Source of the DNA: Chiloscyllium plagiosum
Taxonomy: Eukaryota
Assembly: GCF_004010195.1 (NCBI RefSeq)
Contig: NC_057720.1
Location: 36,453,669-36,517,668 of the forward strand
DNA: 64,000 bases
Reading direction: 5' to 3'
The position numbers were made by a program, and so were the translations under genes. This document shows positions 38,722 to 50,607 of this stretch, in pieces; the stretch's first letter is position 1, and every line of letters begins with the position of its first letter. The notes under the pieces are model-generated. The model was not told where the DNA came from and made no database searches. It saw only the letters and a program-made list of their open reading frames with translations.

Positions 38722-39400
38722 TTTTGGATTAGTGGTGCTGGAAGAGCACAGCAGTTCAGGCAGCATCCGAGGAGCAGCAAAATCGACGTTTCGGACAAAA
38801 GCCCTTCATCAGGAATAAAGGCAGAGAGCCTGAAGTGTGGAGAGATAAGTTAGAGGGGGGTGGGGGTGGGGAGAAAGTAGCATAGAGTACAATGGTGAGT
38901 GGTCGTTGACTTAAGAGTCAACCTTCTTATGAGACAGATTCTTGCTAGCAAACAGTGACAGCCCTATTCAAATGCATGAGCATCCTTATTCATGTGTCAT
39001 TTCACTTCATTAATATGTAGTTTCCTATTCTTCCACACATTTTATGGAATCTAGACAGTGACAATTACCAATATAAAGTGAGAGCAATAACCTGGCATCT
39101 TTAGCTCATTATGTTCCTTTTTGGCAATCTCACCAACATCTCTGGGCATGCTTCATGGACAGCAACCACATTGTAATTCTAAGGACAATGTAGCTCTGGT
39201 ACCTATTTAGAAACTTAATATTCCTGCATCTGGCTGCTTATCTCTCCACGCTTCAGGCTCTCTGCCGTTATTCCTGATGAAGGGCTTTTGCCTGAAACGT
39301 CAATTTTGCTGCTCCTCGGATGCTGCCTGAACTGCTGTGCTCTTCCAGCACCACTAATCCAAAATGTGGTTTCCAGCATCTGCAGTCATTGTTTTTACCC
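38722..39400. mobile_element. TSD-flanked composite insertion: inverted pLTR arms with hammerhead cores around unrelated DNA
   Basis: 13-bp TSD tgtcttcattgta (38709-38721 and 39401-39413); arms 38721-38849 and 39237-39365 are near-perfect reverse complements. Confidence 0.85.
39274..39301 (+). ncRNA. Minimal type-I hammerhead ribozyme core (PLE-type)
   Basis: CUGAUGA-AGGGC-uuuu-GCCU-GAAAC-GUC; the mirror copy is on the minus strand at 38785-38812. Activity not shown. Confidence 0.65.
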
Positions 39401-39559
39401 TGTCTTCATTGTAGTCAGGCCAGAGGAGGATGTCATGACTCAATGAGCTGGGAGTTGATGATGAGACAAATATTGATTTTTAATGAAGAATACTGTGTAT
39501 CGCAAAACTCTGAGAGGGTCGAATCTTAGATGAAGTTGAAGATTGAACTTAGATGCCAG

Positions 39560-39800
39560 TCTTGGTTCATTGGAAGCTCAATTGACTTGGACTCTCACCC
39601 GAGAGATTGTAGCCTGTGCTTCCGTACTGAGGGAGTGCTGCACTTTCCTAGGTTAATCTTTCAATTGAGATGTTAACTAGAGATCCTGTCAAAACTTGCA
39701 GGTCAAAGGGAAGAATCCCATCAAAGTATTTCCAAGAAAAGCAAAGACTTTTGTCCCAGGGTCCTGGCCAATATTTGCCCCTCATTACATCACCAAAATA
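39560..39800 (+). mobile_element. DeuSINE-like SINE (Deu domain)
   Basis: gtactgagggagtgctgcact...gagatgttaac...tcctgtc...atccca...gtcctggccaatattt resembles the AmnSINE1/SacSINE1 Deu domain; interrupted by the HE1 at 39816. Confidence 0.6.
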
Positions 39801-39815
39801 GGAGACCGAGTCATG

Positions 39816-40088
39816 GGATGGCACGATGGCTCAGTGGTTAGCACTGCTGCCTCATGGGACCTGGGTTCAATTCCAGCCTCAGGCAACTGTCTGTGTGGAG
39901 TTTGCACATTCTCCCCGTGTCTGCGTGGGTTTCCTCCAGGTGCTCTGGTTTCCTCCCACAGTCCAAAAATGTGCAGATTAGGTGTATTAGTGGGGATTAG
40001 GGGAACGGGTCTGGGTGGGTTACTCTTCCGAGGGTCAGTGTGGGCTTGTTGGGCCAAAGGGCCTGTTTCCACAGTGTAGGGAATCTAT
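39816..40088 (+). mobile_element. HE1-type SINE
   Basis: ggcacgatggctcagtggttagcactgctgcc...V-domain...gggcctgtttccacagtgtagggaatcta. Confidence 0.9.
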
Positions 40089-40259
40089 AGTATTAAAACA
40101 TTCTCACTTTGTGGAATCTATCCAAGGCATTTTCTTTTGTTTTTCCCACATTACAACACACTTCAAAAGATTGAGTCATTAAAGATATGCAAACCTGAGT
40201 AGTCAAATCTTTAAACAAGAAGGGAATCAAGGGTTATGGGGTAAAGGCAGGAAAGTTGA

Positions 40260-41664
40260 GTTGAGGATTGGTTAGGAAGGAAGCTGAAAAGAAGGACCTC
40301 AAAGGTCTTCATCTCTGGGCTGCTACGTGTTCCATGGGCTAGTGAGGGCAAGAATAGGAAGGTATGGCAGACTCATACACAGCTGAACAGTTGGTGCAGG
40401 GGGCAGGGTTTCAGATTTATGGATCATTGGGTCCTCTTCTGGGGAAAGTATGGCCTGTACAAAAGGGATGGGTTACACCTCAACTTGAGGGGGACCAATA
40501 TCCTTACAGACAGGTTTGCCAGAGCTGTTGGGGAAGTTTTAAATTAGGTTGGCGGGGGGATGAGAGCCAAAGTGTCAGGTCAGTAGTTGGTGTAACGGTA
40601 GATGCAGTGAGTAGAGAGACTGCGAAGAAGGACAGACTAAAATGGCAAGAGGATGGGAATCCAGGCAGAAGGAAGCAATGTAGAGACTCTGGGAAGCATC
40701 AAGATGGATAAGTCCCCAGGGCTGGACCAGATATATCCAAATTTACTCAGGGAAGCGAAGAATGAGATTGCCGCGCCTCTGGCAATGATCTTTACATCCT
40801 CACGCTCCACGGGAGTAGTACCGGATGATGCTGTGTAAGAAGGGAATAGGGAAATCCCTGGGAATTACAGACCAGTCAGTCTTACATCTGTTGTAAGTAA
40901 GGAACTGGAAAGGATTCTGAGAGATAGGATTTATGACTATTTGGAAAAACATAGTTTGATTAAAAATAGTCAGCATGGCTTTGTGAGGGACAGGTCATGC
41001 CTCACAGCCTTATTGAGTTCTTTGAGGATCTGACGAGACAAGTTGACAAAGGTCAGGCAGTGGATGTGATGTATATGAATTTCAGTAAGGATCCTCACAG
41101 TAAGCTTATTCAGAAAGTTAGGAGGGATGGGATACAGGGAAATTTGACTGTCTAAATACAGGATTGGCTAGCCAAAAGCAGACACTGAGTGGTAGTGGAT
41201 GGAAAGTATTCTACCTAGAGGTCGGTGACCAGTGGTCTCCCACAGGGATCTGTTTTTGGGCCACTGCTCTTTGTAGCTTTTATAAATGACTTGGATGAGA
41301 AGTGGAAAGGTGGCTTAGTAAGTTCACCGATGACACAAAGGTCACTGGTGTTGTAGGCTACAACAAGACATTGACAGGATGCAGAGCTGGGCTGAGAAGT
41401 GGCAGCTGGAGTTCAACCTGCATAAATGAGAAGTGATTAATTTTAGAAGGTCAAATTTGAATGCTGAATATAGGATTAAAGAGAGGATTCTTGGCAGTGT
41501 GGAGGAACAACGAGATAGAACATACATAGAACATAGAAGAATACAGCGCAGTACAGGCCCTTTGGCCCTCGATGTTGCGCCGATGAACATAGAAGAATAC
41601 AGCGCAATACAGGCCCTTTGGCCCTTGATGTTGCGCCGATCCAAGCCCACCTAGCCTACACTAG
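40260..41664 (+). mobile_element. CR1 LINE, internally deleted (ORF1 esterase piece + RT), ending in inverted 3' tails
   Basis: YKRDGLHLNLRGTNIL (SGNH-like); KSPGLDQIYP, NYRPVSLTS, QHGFV and PQGSVFGP; 41515-41664 holds two reverse-complemented CR1 3' tails. Confidence 0.8.
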
Positions 41665-42164
41665 NNNNNNNNNNNNNNNNNNNNNNNNNNNNNNNNNNNN
41701 NNNNNNNNNNNNNNNNNNNNNNNNNNNNNNNNNNNNNNNNNNNNNNNNNNNNNNNNNNNNNNNNNNNNNNNNNNNNNNNNNNNNNNNNNNNNNNNNNNNN
41801 NNNNNNNNNNNNNNNNNNNNNNNNNNNNNNNNNNNNNNNNNNNNNNNNNNNNNNNNNNNNNNNNNNNNNNNNNNNNNNNNNNNNNNNNNNNNNNNNNNNN
41901 NNNNNNNNNNNNNNNNNNNNNNNNNNNNNNNNNNNNNNNNNNNNNNNNNNNNNNNNNNNNNNNNNNNNNNNNNNNNNNNNNNNNNNNNNNNNNNNNNNNN
42001 NNNNNNNNNNNNNNNNNNNNNNNNNNNNNNNNNNNNNNNNNNNNNNNNNNNNNNNNNNNNNNNNNNNNNNNNNNNNNNNNNNNNNNNNNNNNNNNNNNNN
42101 NNNNNNNNNNNNNNNNNNNNNNNNNNNNNNNNNNNNNNNNNNNNNNNNNNNNNNNNNNNNNNNN
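41665..42164. other. Assembly gap (500 N)
   Basis: Run of N; the round size suggests a scaffolding gap of unknown true length. Confidence 1.
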
Positions 42165-42266
42165 CCTCTGCTCAAGGTCTTGGTCCTGGACATCTGGGAA
42201 TATCAGGACTCCTCGTATTGCAAACCAGCCCCCATAGCGTGGATGAATGCAAACTCCATACATTTT
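42165..42266 (-). CDS. MMACHC: MMACHC exon 4, 5' part (truncated by the gap)
   Basis: tatttccag| [34 protein letters not shown]...; human equivalent [19 protein letters not shown]. Confidence 0.93.
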
Positions 42267-42454
42267 CTGGAAATACACAGTTTTCTTTTGTTAAATTCAA
42301 GGTTATTATTGTTCTACCTTTTCTCTTTTGGTTTCCAGTGTGGTGGATAGATGACAACTGCTCGATCTTTCTCAATGGCATTTCATAAAGTGTCCACTGA
42401 AGACATCCAATGGTTCAAAAAAACATGAGTTATTTCTTATGTTAGTAAAAATAT

Positions 42455-42760
42455 TCATAGAGCTGTTCAGCATGGAAACAGACCCTTCGGTCCAACCTGT
42501 CCATGCTAACCAGATACCCCAAATTAATCTAGTCCCATTTGCCAGCATTTGGCCCATATGCCTCCAAACCCTTCAATTCATGTATGCATTTAGATGCCTT
42601 TGAAATGTAACTCTTCCAACCTCCACCACTTTCCCTGGCAGCTCATTCCATATGTGCACCACCCTCTGTGAATTCACTCTTTCCAAGTCCCTCAAACCAT
42701 GGTAACATCCTTCTTAATCTTTACTGAATCCCTTCAAGTTTAACAACAAGTTTCTTATTT
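42455..42760 (-). mobile_element. CR1 3' fragment
   Basis: catagagctgttcagcatggaaacagacccttcggtccaac...ggcagctcattcca. Confidence 0.75.
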
Positions 42761-43396
42761 CTTCTAAGAAAGTATTTTTTTCCTCTATCACTTTATGGGT
42801 CTTCATGCATTTCCACGTGAACACAGCCTTATTTTGCAAAACCAAGTAACCAATTCATGGCAGAAATGACAGACAACAGGTCCTGTACTCCAAAGCCACC
42901 ATTTACTAGAAGTTGCACAATCACAGCCTGGAATCTTACACAATATTTTCAGCACAAACTACCTGCCCATTTGAATAGCTTAGATTATCAATGTAACATG
43001 CAAGGTAACACAAGTTCAAAATCAATGCCAATCAATTGCTGTTAAACAACTCATCAATTTTGAAAATTTCACAAGGTCAGAGGTGAGAATGTTCACTTCC
43101 ATGTACAAAACCTCAGATACTGAAGCTGTCTGTGTCCATATGAAACAAAATCTGTCCATATGAAAGAAGATCTGGACAACATTCAGGCTTGATAAGTGGC
43201 AAGTAACATTTGTACCTTAAGTCCAAGACAACAACCATCTTCAACAAAAGAATTTAATAAACACACCGATCCGTCCCGGATGTTGAATGGCATAACCACT
43301 GCAAGGGTGTGAGGTAAATTGGGGAGTCAGTTAAACTGTTACTCATGAGTTAGATTACATATTTAATAGTCTAATTTTGCTTGAGTAACTACTTAC

Positions 43397-43893
43397 TTCT
43401 GGGTAATTTCAGTGAGTCTTCTGAATTCTTCCAATTCAAATGGAGACTTTGAGAGGGTCCCAGGTGTTAGGGTATTGCCCAGCAGAATTTTCAGCTTCAC
43501 AGGCAATTCCCTCCTTTGAAATCCAATTCGAGTTCAGAGATTAGATTAGATTAGATTATTTACAGTGTGGAAACAGGCCCTTCGGCCCAACAAGTCCACA
43601 CCGACCCGCCGAAGCGCAACCCACCCAGACTCATTCCCCTACATTTACCCCTTCACCTAACACTACGGGCAATTTAGCATGGCCAATTCACCTAACCTGC
43701 ACATTTTTTGGACTGTGGGAGGAAACCGGAGCACCCGGAGGAAACCCACGCAGACACGGGGAGAATGTGCAAACTCCACACAGTCAGTTGCCTGAGGCGG
43801 GAAATGAACTCTGGTCTCTGGCGCTGTGAGGCAGCAGTGCTAACCACTGTGCCACCATGCCACCCAAAATGATGTCAATGACCACGTACAGAA
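43397..43893 (-). other. Cryptic/poison exon in MMACHC intron 3, interrupted by an HE1 SINE
   Basis: Acceptor ccacgAG (43894-43895) and donor GTAAGT (43391-43396); both ends coincide exactly with the junctions in the processed copy; contains an in-frame TGA. Confidence 0.8.
43541..43865 (-). mobile_element. Young HE1-type SINE
   Basis: (ttaga)n tail, V-domain and tRNA-like head in reverse complement. Confidence 0.95.
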
Positions 43894-45387
43894 CTCGTGG
43901 ATAACAGGGTTAATAAGCAGTGACTCTTACTAGTCCAGTGTTCAGCAGTAAGAGAAGACAGAACAATTCTAATTAACATGACCAGGGACTGCAGCCCACT
44001 CAGCCTGATTCGCAAAGTGAACCAACTGAATCACTGCCTTTACTATTGGTTCTTTTGTACCTATTGCTACAAAATTAATAAATTCTGTGAAATTTGTGAA
44101 AACACACTTGCATCTAGAGTGGCTTTGTAGCTAATCAGGATTGAGACACTTTTAGATTAGTTGTCTCAAACTCTGCCTTCAATTGTAATTGACTTATGCC
44201 TTTCAAGTAAAATTAAGTTAAACAATCTGGGTTTACAGTTGAGGGACAAATGCTGGCTGAATTAACAGAAGTACCCTGGCCTCCTTCAAATCGAATCTTT
44301 TATATCTAGTAAGACATCCAAAAGATAATGCTATACAAGTTATCAAACTAATAAATGATCAGTTTTCACTATTGTCTAAAATATCCATAATTTGAAAATA
44401 TCTTTAGGAAAGTTTATAATTTTTCCATCAATTCCACAAACATTACTTGATTTAGTTAAAACCAGATTATGAAATCCTGCTACACTACATGAGCTTGTTT
44501 TCATAGTTACTGAAATGTTACAAAGGTCACACCAGATATAGGATGTCCTCACTATCCACTGTTTGGAACCAAGACAGTGAAACACTTAACTAAAGGTGGG
44601 AAGTTAGACCACAGAAACAGGTTTGCAAACACAGCCAAAATCCAGAAGATCAATGGACTCAAAACATTAACTCTGCTTTCTCTTTAACGATACTGCCAGA
44701 CCTGAGTTTCTCCAGTAATTTGTTTTTGTTCAATCAGTTCACATCTGATCTATGTATGTCCGTAGCTGTATTTTCTTGTCTGCCCCCACATTAATATTTA
44801 CTCCCTTGTAGGTGAGGGTTTCAGTGACATGGATAGAATGAAGCAGCAAGTAGCAAGGTTCAATATACATTATAATGACTAATTTGAGAATAATGACTCT
44901 TTGGAAGCCATTGCACAAGTATTTTGTTTAAAAAAAAACTACTTCCAAAAAAGATAATATCCTTTGATGAAACACCCAGACAACTGAAATGTGCTTTTAT
45001 TGGAAATATATGAGGGAAGAAAGCTTTTTTTTAAAAAAAATAGTTGTCAGAAACCACAAGGCTGAGAGAAAGAAAACTACCGAATGAAGTATCATTCAAA
45101 TAAAGACAATATACCACGATACTGAAATTCTGAAATAAACACAGAGTTCTGGAGAAACTTGACAGGTCTGGCAGTATCTGTGGAGAAAGGAATAGATGCA
45201 AAGTTTTGATCCCTGGTATGATCCTTCTTCAGAACTCGTTAATGTTTGGGCAGTAAAAGGCCAAATGCAGATTAGAGCAACAATTCATAAGTTTAAGTTG
45301 CTGTCTTATCAGAAATATTATTTAATGGATCATTCAAAATTTAGCAAATCACACGCTCCCTCTCTCCTTCAGAGGCCTCACCCTTAC

Positions 45388-45540
45388 TTTTTCTCCCCAG
45401 GGGTTTTGCTGCACATCCTTCATTTGATAATAATAGGCTGCTCCAGCCACATGTGCAGCTGTCTGTGCCAAAATCTTTGGCTTTCGATTTGGAAGCACCT
45501 CAAAGTCATGGATGGCTTCAATCCTGTGATCAGAAAAATC
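45388..45540 (-). CDS. MMACHC: MMACHC exon 3
   Basis: ctatag| [51 protein letters not shown] |gtaagg; 153 nt; contains the [22 protein letters not shown] signature. Confidence 0.97.
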
Positions 45541-45984
45541 CTATAGCAAGAAGAAAAAAATGTTTCTTAATGTACAAGTTATAAGGAACCAAGTATCTGG
45601 CATACATAGATATATATTTTTAAAAGAAAACTTATTCAGTTATTCACAACATTATCACATTAAAAGGTTATATAAATACTCCAAATCCTCAACACAAATT
45701 TAGATTTAAATGGCACTTCACCATTTAAGTCCCATCCAATTATAGCCAGGTTTGCTCCTTTCTTCCCTTGTGGACTGAGTAAACAACCATTCACCCTAAT
45801 ACTGATCTCTTCATGATGGTTTTTAATTCTGTGTGCCCATGACAGATAAAACATGTTTTGTATTGGCAGAACAATTAAAATGGAGTCTGCGTTAAGCAAT
45901 CAGAATTGAGGAGTGTAGATATCTTAAGAGAGCAGTCAGAGGTTGTTTTACAGATAGACGGGGTGAGGTTCAAGGAGGCTTTTT

Positions 45985-46990
45985 TCGTTATTCATTCATG
46001 GGACGTGGATCAGCATTTATTGTCCATCTCTAGTTACCCTTGAGATGGTGGTGGTAAGGTGCCTTCTGGAACTGCTGCAATCTATTTGGTGTAGTTACAC
46101 ACAAGGTGTGAGGGAGTGCCAGGATTTTGAGCAATTGACACTGAAAGAACTGCAATAAGGATTAAGAATGGCTTGGAAGGGAACTTGCAGCTGGTAGTGT
46201 TTTTATCTATTTGCTGTTCTCATCCTTCTAAATGGTCGTGAGTTTGGATAGTGCTGTCTGAAGTGTCTTGGTGAATATCTGCACTGCTGCTACTATGAAC
46301 TGGTGGTGGAATGAGTGAATGTCTAGGGATATGGTGCTTTGTCCTGTATGTTGTTGGAGCTGTACTCATTCAGGCAAATGGGGAGTATTCCAGCACGCTC
46401 CCGACTTATGCCTTGTATATGGTGGATAGGTTTTGGAGAGCCCAGTTGTGAGTCACTCACTGTTGGATTCCAAGTGTCCAACTGGTTCCAAGTCAATAAA
46501 CATACCTACTTCTAACCTTTATGATGGAGGGATGGTCATTGAAGAAGCAGTTAGGCCTAGGTCACTATCCCAAGGATCTCCCGCAAAGAGATTCATTGCT
46601 GACTTTCAACAACCACAACCATCTTCCTTGAAAACAAAGGTGAGAATTTTAAAAGTTGAACTTAAACGGAGAGCCAAAATAGGCAGCAGAGGGTTACTCT
46701 TGAACAGAGGACAGTGCAAGCTAGCCTATGGGTGGCAAGGTTTTGGATGAGCTTGTTTATAATTAATAAGACAGAGCATGCAGTGCAATGGAAAACTTAA
46801 ATCTAGAAGAATCAAAAGCATTAACGGAGGTTCAACTGCAATAAGCTGTAAAAAGGTGTATGGCAATGTTACTGAGGCAGAGATTTAGTGATGGCATGGA
46901 ATTGGAAAAAAGCTCATCTCAAGTATGACACTTAAGTTGCAAATTATCTGGTTAAGTCTCAGACAATTGTTGGTTGAGAGATGGAACAAG
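45985..46990 (-). mobile_element. Old LINE fragments (CR1/L2-like)
   Basis: cagcatttattgtccatc...gagtgccaggattttga...ggagtattccagcacgctcc. Confidence 0.55.
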
Positions 46991-47005
46991 TGAACAGGAA
47001 ACAGT

Positions 47006-47333
47006 TTAGATTTTAGATTAGATTAGATTACATTACAGTGTGGAAACAGGCCCTTCGGCCCAACAAGTCCACACCGACCCGCCGAAGCGAAACCCACCCA
47101 TACCCTTACATTTACCCCTTACCTAACACTACGGGCAATTTAGTATGGCCAATTCACCTGGCCCTGCACATCTTTGGACTGTGGGAGGAAACCGGAGCAC
47201 CCGGAGGAAACCCACGCAGACACGGGGAGAACGTGCAAACTCCACACAGTCAGTCGCCTGAGGCGGGAATTGAACCCAGGTCTCTGGCGCTGTGAGGCAG
47301 CAGTGCTAACCACTGTGCCACCGTGCCGCCCAC
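47006..47333 (-). mobile_element. Young HE1-type SINE
   Basis: Near-consensus reverse complement with a (ttaga)n tail. Confidence 0.95.
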
Positions 47334-47503
47334 AAATTGTCGTGAAGACTAACACAATGGCTTCAATATTCACAATATTTTGACAGAGGTGATTTCTGGT
47401 CATGAAAACCGACAAACAAAATCCACCACGAATATATCGACTGTAGTTTCTTGATAGCATTTTTCTGTTAAAAAAAAAGCATCCTGTTGAAGTTTTTAAT
47501 CTT

Positions 47504-47647
47504 GGAGAAAGTGAGGACTGCAGATGCTGGAGATCAGAGCTTAAAAATGTGTTGCTGGAAAAGCGCAGCAGGTCAGGCAGCATCAAAGGAGAATTCTCCT
47601 TCTCCTTTGATGCTGCCTGACCTGCTGCGCTTTTCCAGCAACACATT
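47504..47647. mobile_element. Short palindromic Penelope-derived element with TSD
   Basis: Arms aaaatgtgttgctggaaaagcgcagcaggtcaggcagcatcaaaggagaa and ttctcctttgatgctgcc...aacacatttt; TSD ttgaagttttt(a)atctt at 47487-47503 and 47648-47663. Confidence 0.8.
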
Positions 47648-47857
47648 TTGAAGTTTTTATCTTCACTCAATAAAACAGAATCACAAGAAATAGCAAGTCA
47701 AATCAAAACATTTGGTTCCTCCAATTATTGATATTCTCTAAGAACTGGTTACGTTTGTGAATCTGTCTTGATGAGATGCAAGATGAAAAGTGTTTAGTAT
47801 TCCTATTTGTTCACAAAATTAAGTTTTGAAAACATTAAATAAAAAGGTGCTCTTTAC

Positions 47858-48052
47858 ATTCTTCAGAAGTGAAAAATAATGAACAACACACTCATCTATT
47901 GGGTCCCGAATAGTGGTTAATGGCTTCTCTGCAATGAAAGGTTTGAAGGCTTTTTCGAACATCTGAGGTGTACTGAGGACAACAAAGGCCAATGTGTCAT
48001 CTTGATACTGAAGGTGAAAAGAGGGCTGTATGAAAGCATTGTACCAACCAAT
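47858..48052 (-). CDS. MMACHC: MMACHC exon 2
   Basis: ttcacag| IGWYNAFIQPSFHLQYQDDTLAFVVLSTPQMFEKAFKPFIAEKPLTTIRDPIDECVVHYFSLLKN |gtaaag; 195 nt; human VAWYNELLPPAFHL...TLAFLVLSTPAMF. Confidence 0.97.
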
Positions 48053-48154
48053 CTGTGAAAAAACAATAACAATATAGTCATAATAAAACTAACAGAAACA
48101 AACAAGTAGGGCTTAAGAAATGCAATACAAATAAGCAGATTAAAAATTAAAATT

Positions 48155-48360
48155 AAAGTTGCCATTGTCCTGCCAGACCATGGGACTGCTCTCTCATTAG
48201 AAGTGGTGGTTTAACCTGAGGGTCACCATGCCTCAGGTGACAGGTGAGATTAAGAAGAGTGCTTCATGGTAACCTCAGCCAGTGCAGCAATTGAACCTGT
48301 CCAGCCACATCTTCACTATCACAAACCAGTTGTCCAACCACCTGAGCTAACCAACACCTA
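48155..48360 (-). mobile_element. tRNA-derived SINE (non-HE1)
   Basis: aattgaacc (B-box) and tgagctaacc (A-box) in reverse complement; aaagttgccat tail. Confidence 0.5.
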
Positions 48361-48689
48361 CATTAAAAATTACCTTAATAATAAAAGAAAAGAAGTCACG
48401 AGCACACATTTGTGTGTCATATCACACTTCTGCCATAACAGCAGCTGATCAGCATTGAAGTCTCTCCCACCACTCAATTTTACAAATAACAACTTGTCAT
48501 AACTTGATGAATTTCCTATATTTACTGAGTACTTCAATGGCTATGACATCCAAAAGGTTGTGAAAAGTGTTTTTTTTTAATGCTCTATGTTTTTTGGACT
48601 CCAAGTTATTTAAATAGTAGTAAACATAATGAAAATGAATCAAAATCCAAATTTACAGAAAACGCAGATTTCCAGAAATGACAAGTAAA

Positions 48690-50200
48690 CCTAAGCATGG
48701 CTGAGGGAGGGACAGGATTGGCAGCTCAATGTTCTGGGGTTTAGATGCTATAGAAGGAGGCATAAGAGGAGGGGTTGTGAGGTTTTTGGTTTGGAAAAAA
48801 TTACTACTGTTCTTAGAGGGGACATTCCCAAGGGGTTGTCCAGTGAAGCTATATAGGTGGAACTCAAAAAATAAAAAAGGGGAAGATCATCTTGATGGGA
48901 TTGTATTATAGGACCGCAACAGTCAAACTGAGGGGCAAATATGTAGAGAAATCTCATATATGCAAGATTAACAGGATGTAATAGCAGGGGATTTTAACTT
49001 TCCAAACAGAGACGGACTGCCATGCAATTAAGGGGTTGGATGGTGAGGAATTTGTTAAATGTGCTCAAGAAAATTTTATTTATCAATATGTAGATGTACC
49101 TACTAGAGAAGGAGCAAAGCTTAATAAAAGCAAATTACTGCGGATGCTGGAATCTGAACCCAAAAGAGAAAATGCTGGAAAATCGCAGCAGGTTTAGCAG
49201 CATCTGGAAGGAGAGAAAAGAGCTGACGTTTCGAATCTAACTGACCCTTTGTCAAAGCTCAAGGAGCAAAGCTTGACCTTCCCTTGGGAAATAAGGCAGA
49301 GCAAGTAACTGAAGAGTTAGTGGGAGAGAACTTTGGGACCAATGATCATAACTTTATTAGTTTTAAAATAGTTACAGAAAAGGATAGGCCTTGTATAAAA
49401 GTTATTGGAGTAAGGCAAATTTTGGTGGTATGGGGCAGAACTTTCAAAAGTTGATTAGAGTAGACTTCACAGATAAAGAGTCAAATTGGCAAGTGGGAGG
49501 CTTTCAAAAGTGAGACAAGAGTTCAGAGGCAGTATGTTCCTGTTAGAGTGAAGGGCAAGGCTGGTTGGAGTTGGAAACAATAGATGAATAAATATATTTA
49601 GGCTCTGGTCAAGAATAAGGAGGCATAGGGTAAGTATAGACAAATGGGATCAAATGAATCTCTTCATCAGCATAAGGGGTGTAGGGGCATTCTCAAGAGG
49701 GAAAATCAGGAGGACAAAAAAGGGGATAGGAGATAGCCTTGACAGATAAAATTAAGGATAATCCAAAGAGATTCTACTAGTACATTAACAGCAAAAGAGC
49801 AACTAGGGAGAGAATAGGGCCCTGTAAAGTTCAACAAGGTTGTCTCTGTGTGGAACCACAGAAAATGGAAGAGATACTAAATGAATACTTCACATCAGTT
49901 TTAACTGTGGAGCAAGACATGGAGACTCAGGATCAGGGTATAAATATTGATGTATTGTAGAAGGGGAGGGCTGGAGGTCTTAAAAACATAAAAGGTGGAT
50001 AAATCTCCAGGACCTCATCAAGTGTACCCCAGGATGTTGTGGGAAGCTCCGGAAGAAATTGCAGAGCCACGAGCAGATATATTTGTATCACCTACAGCCA
50101 CATGTGAGATGCCAGAGGACTGGAGAGTGGCTAATGTTGTGCCTTTATTTAAAGAGGAGAAGCCTAGAAACTATAGACCTGAGTCTGACATCAGTGATTG
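48690..50200 (+). mobile_element. CR1 LINE ORF2 fragment (APE endonuclease to start of RT)
   Basis: GDFNFP, PTREGAKLDL, NDHNFI, KSPGPHQVYP, EDWRVANVVPLF and NYRP. Confidence 0.85.
49123..49260 (-). mobile_element. Short Penelope-derived element with 14-bp TSD inside a CR1
   Basis: TSD aaggagcaaagctt at 49109-49122 and 49261-49274; minus-strand ttgacaa-agggtc...gattc-gaaacgtc is a degenerate hammerhead core. Confidence 0.8.
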
Positions 50201-50502
50201 GTAAAAACTGAAAGAACTGTGAAACAGAAACAGAAATCGCTGGAAAAGCTTAGCAGATCTGGCAGCATCTGTGGACAAAGATCAGAGTTAATGTTTCGGG
50301 TCGAGTGTCCCACGTACAGACATACCATGAACAGAGGGGACTGGGAACAAGAGGAGGATTGCTGCAGGTTTTTAGGGGAAACATTATTCCACCTGTCCAT
50401 TCAGCATCACTAACAATTTCGGTCGCATTTAACATCGGATCAGAAAGAAATATGCTTACTAAGCAAACAGCCCCAAGGTCCATTTACTCAAGTCATCTTT
50501 AC

Positions 50503-50607
50503 CTTGAACGGGTCGCACTGGAAGCCGAGCGGACCCAACCAGTTACTCAGCCACTGATGTATTCCAGCCGCCATAACTTCACCTTTCTGTGATGCAATAT
50601 CCTCCAT
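50503..50607 (-). CDS. MMACHC: MMACHC exon 1 (coding part)
   Basis: MEDIASQKGEVMAAGIHQWLSNWLGPLGFQCDPFK |gtaaag; human ...LCPFGFEVYPFQ; second in-frame ATG at 50574. Confidence 0.9.

Noticed and set aside
41618..42388. Long ORFs containing poly-X
   Set aside because: Artefacts of translating the N gap.
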